A stretch of DNA of 49,085 nucleotides, the filler included, from Catajapyx aquilonaris (Eukaryota): NCBI GenBank assembly GCA_000934665.2. It is 2 parts of 2 records of this genome, joined end to end, with 100 filler letters (N's around TTAATTAATTAA, not from the genome) between each part and the next. Parts side by side here need not be neighbours in the genome. Positions count along the whole stretch, not along the records: positions 24,577 to 49,085 come from KZ539363.1; 1 more part is not named here. The stretch is one strand, 5' to 3'. Shown here one piece after another: positions 36,801-47,936 of the stretch (positions are counted from its first letter, which is position 1; every line of letters starts with the position of its first letter). A program made the translations under genes and the position numbers. The notes below the pieces were generated by a model that saw only the letters and a program-made list of their open reading frames with translations, did not search any database and was not told the origin of the DNA.

Positions 36801-39800
36801 CTAGCCTTGGTCTGGGATTTGGGATTTTTGTTCATAACTAGCTAGCCCATGCCTGTAAACATACATTCCATCACTCTGTTGCATCAAAATGACATTACTG
36901 GATAAATTACGGCACATTTAAAAGTGCCTTCAAAATTGGCGGGAAAAACGGATCGGCTGGGTGGTGCCAATCGAAAGGGTACACTGAAATGCCTGGTTGA
37001 CTGCGAGATATGAGGAATTTGACTTTGAATTAACCGCGGACACGACGGAAAGCATTCGCAAGGCGGCTGTAGGCCATCGAGGTGGAGAAAAGGGGCCTTC
37101 ATGTGCCGAATTCGGGTGACAGATAATTCCTACCAGTTGGCACCACTGCCAGCCCCTTAGCTGATTGAGCGGCGTGAAGTAAAAACGCGCCCCGGCCGCT
37201 ATCTTGCTCATGGAATGGGACGGTTGCTAACAACAGCGAAGCATTTTACAACAATGACGGGGCGCGTTCTATAACATCATTTTTGCGTTCATTTCACTTC
37301 GCGTGACGTCAACATTTTCTAGGGAAACAGTGACGTCACCATTTCCCTACATAAAAACCCCAATTACTCCGGAACTAAAGCTGATATCTTAAAACGGAAT
37401 ATGCCAAAAAAATCCAAAAAATATGGGCGAATTTATTATGTAGTTTCCAAAATGAAGGCTACTTCCCCATTCACAGGAGATATGATTTTTTTCCACCCTC
37501 TGTCTTTGTAAAATACAAGGGCTAGTCAAAACAAATGCCACTGATTTTTTAACTGATAAAGAGAATTAGTCTAGTGGCCAAATGGTTAGTCCTGGAAAAT
37601 CACGACATTACTCATTCGACTCAGCTCATGAAAATCTACAACCTAATATGAAAATGAGTCGATAGGAACCACATGAAATTCTGACTTGGAGTGCCTGTAG
37701 CGGCACAACGGCATGGTAGATTTTCTTTGGCCCTCAGAACAATTGACCTGAAGGCCTATCAACTCCCCATCCAAATCCCCATCTGGCTCAACTTTTCCAT
37801 AAAGAACCCCACCCCATGTCCTTTGGAAGTGTTTCGAAATGACAGTCAAGTCTCAGATAAGTATTATTTTATTTCTTGAGAAGCACAACAATTTCAGCAG
37901 GAGTCTGGCACAGTTCTCAAGATTGTTATTCTGGATCTTTTAACGTATTTCATAATTAAATCAGCCTAACAGTTGGCCAGTAGTACTTGGATTTCCAGAT
38001 TTTTGCCGAGATGTTTATGAAAATTAATTTATTGACTTATAGACGAGGAAAATTGTTTCCAATACATACATTGTGTTTTGCATGAAAGGATAGGTATAGC
38101 TGTTACTATACGTGTAAAATATCTCAAATATCGTTATTTTTTTGGACCATTTTCCTGGGAGTTATTTAGAGTCAAACACAGGGGTCAGTATTTTAAAATC
38201 CAATAGTAAGTCAAAGCGTCGCTGTTCTGACAAAACCTCATAATCGCCACCAGGCGCTAATTACGTTTTATTGCACATTCGAGAACAATCTGGCCATCCT
38301 TTACGTCCGGCAAAAACCTCGTAACCGTTGGCCCAATGGAAAAGCTCCATGCGATCACATAACCAAAACACGTATCCGGTTGGAAGCCTTTTCTGTGGGC
38401 AAAACCCAAGGCAAAACCACGTAAGCAGCAGTTCCGCCATGACAGCTGAGCACGTGGTAGCTGGTAGGAGCCCAGCATCAGTCTTGGAGTGTGCCCCCCG
38501 TAATTCCTCCTGATTGCCATGATTTTTATGACAACCTTGCTCATGGATAATAACCTTTGGTGAATAAAAAAAATAAAAATGAGTGCATTGTGGTGTGCCT
38601 GGTCACATTCTTAATTATTATACCCTATTGCTATAAAACCACGTATCAGCCATTTGGGGCAGGTCAGCACTATTCTATAAGCACGTAAGCACCATTTTTA
38701 TTAATATCATTCCACAGGCCATGATGTTCCGAAACCTGGATTTACTGCCTTACATGTAATCATTTAGGCAAGCTAGGAATAATGACTCATAATCAAACCA
38801 CCGCCCTCTTACCTTGACTCTTGCCAGCCCGCCCGACTCGATTCAAACTGATTGGACGTGACGTCACGTAGACCGTAATAAAAAAATTGATTACTGCTGT
38901 ATTTCTAATTGTTTTATAAAACCGACCGGGGTTGTCGCCACCTACGATTTTTCCCCACCCCCTCGCACTCGCTTGACCCATGACTCTGATACACCCTGTA
39001 TAGATTTTTGTTACTGCAACAGTAGGCTACTGTCCTTTACTGTGGCCCTGCTAGGCATGGTACGTCACCATATTATTAGTTTTTGCGGAGCGATAGCAGA
39101 GCTGGCGTTTATTGTGGGTTTGTATACGCCTACAATGCGGTCCTCATTGCGCGCCACAGGCCAACGAACGTTATTGTGGCTTTGCCAAGTGCGAAATTTA
39201 CCTTCACAGAGTACGTTAAACCAGTCGGACGCCCCTGCTAATCGGGAGGTCCTGGGTTCGAATCCCGGGGCCGGCAACCCTGACTGTGGTTTTCTGTGGT
39301 TCTCCACGCTCTTTCTAGGATAATTCCAGGGTCGCTTCCGTATATAATAGGCCACAGCCACTTCATTCCTTCCCTATCCTTGGAGGTTGAAAGGCAATGC
39401 TGGGCCAACCTCCTTAATATCAATTATAAAGTACGTTAAACCAACACGACATGACGTCACGATCCGCCTGCCTCCACCCGGCTCTCCCCTCCAATCATGT
39501 CCACGACTCACTCTGCAGACATACCACTGCACATGCTTAGAAAACACGGCTGGTGTGACATCATGGGGGTCGTCCATATACCATGTGACCGATTTTCGGG
39601 CACTTTTTGACCCCCCCCCCCCCCCNNNNNNNNNNNNNNNNNNNNNNNNNNNNNNNNNNNNNNNNNNNNNNNNNNNNNNNNNNNNNNNNNNNNNNNNNNN
39701 NNNNNNNNNNNNNNNNNGTTATTTTGAACCCATGTGCATCTGCAAAAGCTCCCATATGTGCCAATTCACTGTGTTCAGAGATACCACGTGAATTTTCGCC

Positions 39801-42800
39801 GACCCCCCCCCTCCCCCCAAAATGGTCACGTGGTATATGGACGACCCCATGTCGTTCTTAGGGTTAACGAACTGCAGCAACCATCATAGCGTTTAAATTT
39901 TCCACTTCCTTCCCAGCACTCGTCTGATTGGTTCGCATGGCAGGGGTAAGAAGAGGCTCTTTGATGTGCCAACATGTTTGGAACCCACCCCAACCTCCCA
40001 ACCCTGCCGCCTCTCTAGACGTGGATAAACGGTAGCCTTACCAAATTTTCATTGTTGCCTAATGCGTTCTTGAGCTGGAATGTTTGTTCATAACCTAGCA
40101 ACGTACCCCTCGTCCTGACGGATAACAATGATCTTGTCTGCATTCTGGTCCAGCTTGAGGAATTCATTCCGGGGTCCCTAGTCACTACCCTCACTTTAAA
40201 CCCACACAATACCACAATGGAAAGAGTCAGCAAGCCGCAGGTACCGTTTCCTAATTGATTCAGAGAATGGGCTGTAAACCCGACATAAGCCCTGAGATGT
40301 TCAAGAGAACAGAGTTTCACTACTGTGTGTCTTACATTTCAAAAGGTTGTCTTTTCGCTGTCCTTACCTGACTTAATAAAATTAAATTACAATGTTAACA
40401 CATAAATTATCAACATCTGAAGTTTCATAAATCTTACCACCATGACTATGAGTACGTTTACATGGGACTAAAAATCGGCCTGCCCCAGGCCTCCTAAGCA
40501 AGGCCTGTCTATGCAAAGCCTGCTCCCACTTTTGCCACTGCTACATGGGACTGACTCTTGTGCTGCCGAGGGGTCGGTGAGCCGCCCGAAAATACTCCCC
40601 GCCATGCCGGGCCCTACCGCTCCTCACAGCAAAATGTGCAATATGTGTAGCTCTGCAGCTCCCGTATGGGCTGCCCGTGATAATTAGGCAGTCGAATTAC
40701 ATGTACCAGCACTGTTTATTCGAGAAAGCCACAGATACAGGGGGACTCATTTCGCGGCCTGTAGTCCACTCAGAAGCAAGTATTCCCTCCTGGGCGGTCC
40801 CGTAGCAGCCAATCACCGCCATCGCCTTAGGTAGACCACCCGATCCAAAAGGCTTGGGCTGAGTCCGACACCGGCTCTGACCGGCTCAGATAAAACCAGT
40901 CCATCGTAGGCCCAGCGGCTACATGGGAGTAAACCGGTTCGCCTAACATAGGCGGCCGTAGCTACGCCGATTTTTAGTCCTATGTAAAAGTACTCTATGT
41001 TGCCCATGCAATGTTAAAATCTAAAGAACTATTTGACTCGGTTGTGACAATTGAATCCTTGAATCTAAGAGTAGTCCATAACTGAGTTTTTTTAACAACA
41101 AAACAACGAGGAACATTGTAAGTGTGATAGTGACAGTTATTTTTAAGCTTTGAACACCTTTCGTCGCTGGATATAAAGGTAAGCTTCCTTATAGAGTTAT
41201 GTGCTTTAAAAAAGCCAAACTTCTCTAACTCGAATCTTCTATAATTCGAAGTTTTTTCCCGGTCCCATGGAGATTCGACTTATAGAAGTTTTACTGTACA
41301 GGCAAGGGATAGGGCACTCGGAGGCTCTCAGGAGGTGTCACTACTACTTCTGGCATTACTATGAACTTGCACAAAATATTGTGCCAGCTGGATAAAAATC
41401 ATGGAAAGGGATCTTTTCCTCCACCTGTAGATGGGGAATATCCAGAATTTTTTGCATATTTTTACCTAGTCTTATTTATAACTCTTTGCATAAGAATGAC
41501 TCTTGCTTGCTTTCATCTGGCCCTTTTATCATTCCAATGCTTTAGATTTTAGAAGAAACATAATTCACTAGATTGAATTACACTTATAATCAAGTAAGAC
41601 TTACCACCTCCCTGCATCATCTTGTAAAATTTGGATTCAATATGCAGTTGGGGATGTTTTGTCTTGATGCATTCCAACTTAATTGCAACTTCTTCTCCAG
41701 TGGAAATATTGGTTCCTGAAAATAATGAAAAAGTCACATTAAAATTACACTCATCTGCACATACATCACTGAGAATTATTTATAGAGCTACCAAGAACCC
41801 CTATGCTTATTTTTAAAATGTATGGGATATTTGAGTTTCCACCCTTTCGGAACAAAAGATAAGCCAGCACCTTGTGCCCAATGCACTTGCGGCAGCATGT
41901 CTTCTCAATTGTTTGAAAGCTCCATGTGAGTTTCTGCTCTCAGTCTGTGAGTTTTCCGGCTACTCGGAAAAAGCAGGAAAGAATGTGTGCTGCCAACAGC
42001 TGATCAATTATTGCTATGCTATTTCCAACTCATAAGCTGTTATTTGCATTTTGGTCCAAAAATGAAATAGGGGCCTACATTGAAACCTGTGTATAGCATA
42101 ATCCAAGGCATAATCGCATGGGACCCGAAATTTTTTCCAAATGGACAGGTTTCTGTTATACCCATCAAAAATACATTACATGCCCTATGCCCATTTCCAA
42201 AAAAATTCTACAATGGACATGTCGTCACCAATGACAAATAGACGAATTCAATTTTTTTTCCATAATTGAGTTATGGCAACTGCTAGCACCGGGTTAATTC
42301 CAGGACATAACATCCCTCATTTTTTTATTTAAATGAAAATTGGCACACAGTAACTTAATCACAATAGTAGTGTAAAACTAATTTTGGTTTCCCCCTAGTC
42401 TGTCAAGGTCAACAGTGAAGTAAAGGTCAAAAAATGCATGGACTGAAAATAAGTCCCTTCATTTCCTGCCATATCTCAGGAACTACTGGATCTATCTCAA
42501 CAATTTATCTGTCAATCAAGAGAGGGTAGCTACATGGTGCCACAAAATGCCTGCAAATATTTTAAAAAACCAAATTCGACGCATATGTGCGGCAAGGGTA
42601 GAATTACCTATCAAGACAGGATATATGAAGACAGTGCTTAAGATGTGCTTAGCATTTAGGTCAACAAGCTGTAAAGGGCATTTGAGGGGGGGGGTTGAAG
42701 GTCACACAAGCTTAGGTGAAAGTGGGAGGTTTGAATGAGAGTGTATTTGATAAAATTGGTAGCACTTTTTCCAGAAAATCACGAATTAGTAATTTCTAAT

Positions 42801-45800
42801 ACTATTTCAAACTGTCCTGTATATCAGGGCGACACGGTGGCCGAGTGGTTAGCGCCGCAGCCTTCCACCTCTAAGGTCCCGAGTTCGATCCCCGGGTCGG
42901 ACGGAGATACTTATGTGGATAGAGTTTCGATGGGTTCTCTCCGTGTTCGCGTGGGTTTTCTCGGGGTTCTCCCGTTTCCTCCCACTATCAAAACCCATCA
43001 CATTACAGGCAAATGATTAAAGTCGGATATTCAAAAAGATGATCCCCAAGGGGCCTATCACGGGGTATCCATTATGATGATGATGATGATTATTATTATT
43101 AACTGTCCTGTATATCGTCGCGGTGCGGACAAAATTACGTTGCGGTCCACCAGTTGAATAGCCCTGCTCTAGGAGCAAAATCTGAAAAGGCGTCTCCTTC
43201 TGATGGTTAGAAGCAAAATTGGAAACAAGTTGCCAATAAGCCTTTTGAGACTAATTCAACCATGCTGATTTCGAAAATCGCTGTTAGCACCCTGGATTTT
43301 GGGTCCTTGTGGCCCAAAACCAAGAGGGCGTCAGAGATTACAGTATCTTCTATTATTACAACTTATTGGCATGTTTTACCCTAAATATCGCATGTGAGAT
43401 ATGGTTTCAGGGGTTTACTGGGTCACCAAGTTCATCTATGAGTGACCCAAGGTCATATGACGCCACTGAAAATAGAAAATCGGTAATGGCGAGAAGTTTT
43501 ATGGATTTGAAAGGTCTTGCTAGTAACACACACATAAGGCTGTCACAGAATACCTTGTCCCTAGCAATATTTTATTTTATTACGACAAATGTATAGTCAA
43601 AGGATTGTCACCACCAGACAAGTCCAGTACTTATACTCAGGGTTGTGAACCAAACCGAACCCTTGCTCCATGAACCCGATAACATTGGAGCCACTCCAGA
43701 GCAGTAGAGCCAGGTCTGGAGTGAGCGTCGGAGCTTGGTTCAGGTTTCAGCCGGTTCGGGGGAGAGTGGAGCCAAGGTCGGAGCGGGTCAGGAGTTTGGT
43801 TGGGAGCTTGCCAGCTTGCTCCAGTGTTTGGTTTGGGCCAATGCCTCCGGAGTTGAACCCGGTTCCGGAGGGAAGTCCGGAGCGATTCAGAGCTTGGTTA
43901 CGTCCAACATACCAACGCAACAGGGGGAAAGGCAGAAAAACTACTGGATTTACTCCAGCGTATGCGTCATGTTTTCATGGTGGGAGAATGACATTTCCAA
44001 GCACCCGCGATGCAGGGTGTACAGCAAATGTCACATTTTTATGTCATAAGCATTTTTGTATGTTACAACATGATATTGTAACTTACAACAAATGCGTATG
44101 ACATGAAAATGCGACACCCAAATAATGGGTATGACATAATATATTATTGTGACAGAAAAAATGTGAATGACATATGGGCCATTCCACGTGAAATCATCAC
44201 GAAGTATGCTCGTGAATTTTATATTTCCAAAATAATTTGCAGGGTGATAGACCTATCCCTAAATGCTAGATTTCCCAAATATTTCGCTCTGCTGTCCTCA
44301 AGGTCACGAGAGGTGAGGGGATACGTCGGGGGGGGGGAAGGGGGGGCGGCAAATTGCAACTTTCAAATCGAGCCACTTTCAGAATAGAATATCTCAAAAA
44401 CTACGCTTCGTAGCGACTCTTCTCATGGAACATTTGTTTCAGATCATACGAAGTAGGATTTGAAAATGTAATCACTTACGCGATATATGTAAATATTGTG
44501 TAATGAGTTACAGCCTCCGCAATATCTGTATTTTTGTCAAAATTTGCTCTCTTTCGGAATTTTACCTTGTCGGAGACATATCCATGTACCTCATCTCTCG
44601 CAAATTATTTCGCATTGTACATGTACAAGATATAAACTCGGAGAATTTAACAGTCATATTTTGAAGAAACCTCATTTTGGCCATTATTCAGGTGCGAAAA
44701 AAGGTATGTCGGACAACGACTAAAAATCAGGAAGTGAGTTATTCGGATAGTCCAAAACGTGGGCTTTCAGAATATATCTATCTGATATATGATAATCTGG
44801 CCTGGAGAGACGGTAGGGCCTTTTGTTTGAAGGCAAGTTCCGCCGGCAGTTATTAAGTTAAATTTGATCAGGGGGGGCTGGCCCAGCATATAGCCTCACA
44901 GCCCCCCCACTCCCGAAAACAATGTCCACACTGACCGCCACCGGCTGGTGAAGACGCCAAATGGTCCATCCATATCCCCCCTTACTTTATGGGGCTAATC
45001 TATTGTCACAGGGACGATAAACGGCCACCATAGTGCTCAGAACTCCACAGAGAGCCTATTTATTCCGTTCCTTCAGCAAATTATCCACGGCTAAACTGAG
45101 AGCACTAAAACTCTTTAAAAGGGTACCAAAAATACGTCGCGGTGACGGGGGCCAACCTGCTCCATTACGCATGCACAAGCTCCTCATCTCCGCACGTGCC
45201 TCCCTCAGCCCCGGCAAGCAACAGTGCCACAGCATGTGATCAGGGTTCTGCAGCCCTCCTCCACACAGGCAGGCTCCAACTCCTCTACGAAGCCCAAAGC
45301 GCACCAGGTAGGACAAAAACGGCCCATGACCCGAAATGATCCGGGCGGTATGCCCATGGAGTAGCGTGTCCCTGCTGATTTTAACCCCAGGCAGGTACCG
45401 GAAATACGGCTTGTTCATGGATTTGTCCCAACGCGACTGCCATTTGACCTCCGCCGCTCCAATTAGACACCCCTTAATGGCCGATTTGACCTCTGGAAGG
45501 AAAGAGGCCTCGAGTGACTCCGAAGCACCAGCATTTTTCGCAGCTTCGTCCGCCGCCTCATTTCCAACCACCCCAACGTGAACCTCTAACACCTATCTGG
45601 ACCACAATTGGCGGAGTTCCTGCAGAGTGTGTGGAAGTAATGTACTGCCGCTGCAAATTGGAGGGCTGCAGGAACAACGCTGTAATGTAGGAGCACCGCT
45701 TTAAGTTGTTCAATGTTATGCAAGTGTACAAAGTGCCACAACAAAGACCATTCTCGATGAAGGTGTAAGTTATGACCTTCATTCATACCAGTAATGTAAA

Positions 45801-47433
45801 CCAAATATACAGGGTGGGGAAATCTACGGTGCTTTCCGTTTGGGGGATATTTAGGGGTTCTAGGCTATCAGATGATATGCATCGTGGGTCTCCATAGCTT
45901 AGTTGCTGAGATCATGGCTTCTAACACAAGTTATAAAATCTCCTGGCAGGTATGCGTCCTTCTGCGCATCCTTAAACCGTTTTATTTTATTTTCAGGTTT
46001 TACCATGCAATTTAATTTAAATTTACGATCCCATAAGGTGTAGCAGGCAATGACTTAGGCGATGTAAGTGCCGTAGGCAGTTTCCGAAACATATAAGTTG
46101 ATATAACGCACGTTGATTTAATGATAATTATCTCAGTAACTAGTCTACGGCGAGCCCCGTTACCTACACTTAAAACGATTGCCTAGAACTCCTCTACCAT
46201 TCCCCAAAGCGAATAAGGCATGCTAAGTTTCCGCACCCTGTATACGTGTATACACAGGTACGCAATGCTTGGCGTGCAAGTATAAGTACTGGACTTGTCT
46301 GGTGGTGACAATCCTTTGACTATACATTTGTCGTAATAAAATAAAATATTGCTAGTGACAACGTATTCTGTGACAGCCTTATGTGTGTGTTACTAGCAAG
46401 ACCTTTCAAATCCATAAAACTTCCCGCCATTTCCAATTTTCTATGTTTAGTGATGTCATATGACCTTGGGCCACTCATAGATGACCTTAGCGACCCAGTA
46501 AACCCCTGAAACCATTTCTCACATGCGATATTTAGGATAAAACATGCCAATAAGTTGTAATAATAGAAGATACCGTAATCTCTGACGCCCTCTTGGTTTT
46601 GGGTCAGAAGACCCAAAATCCAGAGTGCGAACAGCGATTTTCGAAACCAGCATGGTCGAATTAGTCTAAAAAGGCTTGTTAGCAACTTGTTTCCAATTTT
46701 GCTTCTAACATTAACGATATGAGATTTTGCTCCTTGTCTATTCCTTCGTCAGAGCTCTACTTATTTCCCACTGCCTCTCATTAACAGTACCCACAAAATT
46801 TTACTCCAGAAAATATAACTTTGATGTCTTCAGTTATCGCTTAATTATGTTCATACTTTGGTAACATGTTCGTGAGGCATTCCTCTTTCACAATAGAACT
46901 TTCTATGCATTGCAATGCATTTTCTGCCATGATTGGCAGTGTTCTGCAAACCCTGACTTGGTGCTGGTTGTATCACTGCAGGTGATTATCACATGCCTAA
47001 TGTTTTCAATTTATGTATAGTCACATCTTCATAACAATCACAATTAAAATTTTACCATTTACAATACAACCTGCCATGACCTCCACATAAGCTAGTAAGC
47101 TGAGAGGACTGCTCTGCCACAAACGCCAGATGACCAAGTGTAGTACCAGTAGTGGTAGTACTGCCACCATTTCCAAGAACCTTTGTTCCACTGTGACTCA
47201 TCCAATATCCCCATATAGGCACCCCAGTATTTTTCCCTCAATACAAAATTGGATCGAGCTTGCCACACCCCCCACTCCCTTATACCAACCAAGCCAAAAC
47301 AAAAGATATGTCATTGTTGTTCCTGCTGATTCCAACCACTAACAACAATGAACTCACCTAAATAGATGTCTCCAAAGGATCCGCTGCCTATTTTCCTCCC
47401 GAGACGGTACTTGTTCCCTACTCTGAGTTCCAT
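27748..47433 (-). CDS. dco: Casein kinase I delta/epsilon (doubletime/discs overgrown family). Span of the six mapped coding exons (76+111+149+229+171+149 nt = 295 aa, full kinase domain); C-terminal exon(s) unresolved
   Basis: Spliced translation runs [26 protein letters not shown]...VAIKLE...HRDIKPDN...DFG...LTGTARYAS...[11 protein letters not shown]...YDYVFDW. All junctions are GT-AG and phase-compatible. The MELRVGNKY start is diagnostic of the delta/epsilon class. Confidence 0.96.
27962..28755. mobile_element. piggyBac-like fold-back MITE with about 360-bp arms, in CK1 intron 5
   Basis: TTAA|CCCCTTCAGCCCCAGATCGG...CCGATCTGGGGCTGAAGGGG|TTAA with near-perfect arms; a diverged relative lies at about 37880-38130. 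Confidence 0.93.
28770..28940 (-). CDS. dco: CK1 delta/epsilon coding exon 5
   Basis: (E)[56 protein letters not shown]; follows a 63-nt intron, donor GTAGGT; 171 nt. Confidence 0.96.
29004..29232 (-). CDS. dco: CK1 delta/epsilon coding exon 4 (catalytic loop, DFG, activation segment)
   Basis: [76 protein letters not shown]; acceptor tttcag, donor GTCAG; 229 nt. Confidence 0.96.
29657..30633. mobile_element. Academ-like MITE with about 120-bp internal subrepeats (middle layer)
   Basis: TGT|TAGTCCGGGCCCTAAGCG...CGCTTAGGGCCCGGACTA|TGT. Confidence 0.75.
30136..30500. mobile_element. hAT-Charlie-like MITE (inner layer)
   Basis: CAGTGGTCCCCAACC TIRs; 8-bp TSD ACCTAAGG. Confidence 0.92.
32310..32636 (-). 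mobile_element. tRNA-derived SINE, family A (diverged, different tail)
   Basis: Same head and body as the other family A copies; A-rich tail. Confidence 0.8.
34263..36025. mobile_element. Non-autonomous hAT-like element
   Basis: About 90-bp imperfect terminal inverted repeats (ggatccctcttcccagatc...); 8-bp TSD GTTTTAAT/GTTTTAAC. Confidence 0.75.
34347..34745. mobile_element. Solo LTR (Ty3/gypsy-like) inserted in the terminal repeat of a hAT element
   Basis: TGTGGC...GCGACA ends, 4-bp TSD ACGG, internal ATTAAA; the host repeat sequence resumes after it. Confidence 0.75.
36173..36321 (-). CDS. dco: CK1 delta/epsilon coding exon 3 (absent from the ORF track in its true frame)
   Basis: Acceptor ttccag, (V)[49 protein letters not shown], donor GTGAGT; 149 nt. 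Confidence 0.96.
36501..36676. mobile_element. Short TA-flanked palindromic MITE
   Basis: TA|AGGTGAAGTGGGGAAGTGCACACCCGGGGTAAGTGC...reverse complement|TA, plus a central palindrome. Confidence 0.85.
39224..39429 (+). mobile_element. 5'-truncated SINE, family B, with LINE-like stem-loop tail
   Basis: B box GGTTCGAATCC, family B body, 14-bp TSD AGTACGTTAAACCA. Confidence 0.88.
39566..39848. mobile_element. Harbinger-like MITE (contains an assembly gap)
   Basis: ATG|GGGGTCGTCCATATACCA...TGGTATATGGACGACCCC|ATG. Confidence 0.82.
40450..40995. mobile_element. Harbinger-like MITE
   Basis: TAT|GAGTACGTTTACATGGGACTAAAAATCGGC...GCCGATTTTTAGTCCTATGTAAAAGTACTC|TAT. Confidence 0.82.
41033..41296. mobile_element. 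Right-end fragment of the same pogo/Tigger-like MITE family
   Basis: Near-identical to 25065-25336; ends TTTTACTG|TA. Confidence 0.85.
41605..41715 (-). CDS. dco: CK1 delta/epsilon coding exon 2
   Basis: Acceptor ttttcag, (G)[36 protein letters not shown], donor G|GTAAGT; 111 nt. Confidence 0.96.
42826..43100 (+). mobile_element. tRNA-derived SINE, family C, with V-SINE-like central domain
   Basis: A and B boxes; core GTTCTCTCCGTGTTCGCGTGGGTTTTCTCGGGGTTCTCCCGTTTCCTCCCAC; (ATG/ATT)n tail; 16-bp TSD AACTGTCCTGTATATC. A decayed copy lies at about 48600-48742 on the minus strand. Confidence 0.9.
44850..45600 (-). mobile_element. 5'-truncated LINE 3' end (RNase H C-terminus, CCHC knuckle, 3'UTR); I-group, R1/LOA-like
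   Basis: [15 protein letters not shown], then [13 protein letters not shown]...CLCG...[10 protein letters not shown]; stop at 45056; terminal stem-loop and short TAA tail. Confidence 0.85.
45810..46240. mobile_element. Tc1/mariner-like MITE
   Basis: TA|CAGGGTG(G/C)GGAAA...TTTCCGCACCCTG|TA. Confidence 0.65.
47358..47433 (-). CDS. dco: CK1 delta/epsilon coding exon 1 (aa 1-25, glycine-rich loop)
   Basis: ATG at 47433, [25 protein letters not shown], donor G|GTGAGT at 47357. Confidence 0.96.
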
Positions 47434-47936
47434 GACTGCGGAAATAAATCGGAGGAGGGAAGACACTGTCACTAAAAAAATTTCATCCGAACACAAAAGG
47501 ATCGTCGGCAGCCATCTTCATTTTTTTCCCCCCGAAGGGCATACGATAGTAAAGGGCATATTCCTGACCTCACCTCTGTGCCAATGCCAAATTGCCCCCT
47601 TCGGCTGCGTCAGCCAGATTTCTAACTCGGCATGGAAATTATCAAGAATTCTCCAGGTCCGATGATGACCGCGGATTATCTGGATTCCTCATAATCCTCT
47701 GTTTTACGGCTCCTGGCTGCCACTAATAAAAACCCGGATGTGCTGCTAGAGGCCGTCAGCTGGCACCACCATGCAGGAATGGCAGGGGTTGCTCTGCAGT
47801 CTCGGAAATACTTTCGTCCAATCTGGGAAATAACGTCTATCACGTTTCCTCATACAGGTGTCCACGCAGGTGTCATTGAATTTGGCGTATGCCCGACATA
47901 AGTTACCATACTCAAACAAGTTGGCAAATGACGTCA
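47434..47936 (-). promoter_or_regulatory. Putative CK1 5' region: acceptor 2 nt before the ATG, candidate 5'UTR donor GAG|GTGAGG at 47573, YY1-like AAGATGGCTGCC, CRE TGACGTCA (47929-47936)
   Basis: Motifs read directly from a CpG-richer, TE-poor stretch upstream of the start codon. Confidence 0.4.

Larger units (their letters stand above)
43171..46736. mobile_element. Large inverted-repeat element (arms 43171-43637 and 46279-46736) enclosing about 2.6 kb of nested insertions
   Basis: About 450-bp arms are reverse complements, also visible as paired ORFs 43309..43596+ and 46320..46685-. Confidence 0.85.

Noticed and set aside
43309..43596. Duplicated 95-aa and 121-aa ORFs (second at 46320-46685) as a gene pair
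   Set aside because: They are chance ORFs in the two arms of one inverted-repeat element, with no protein-like motifs
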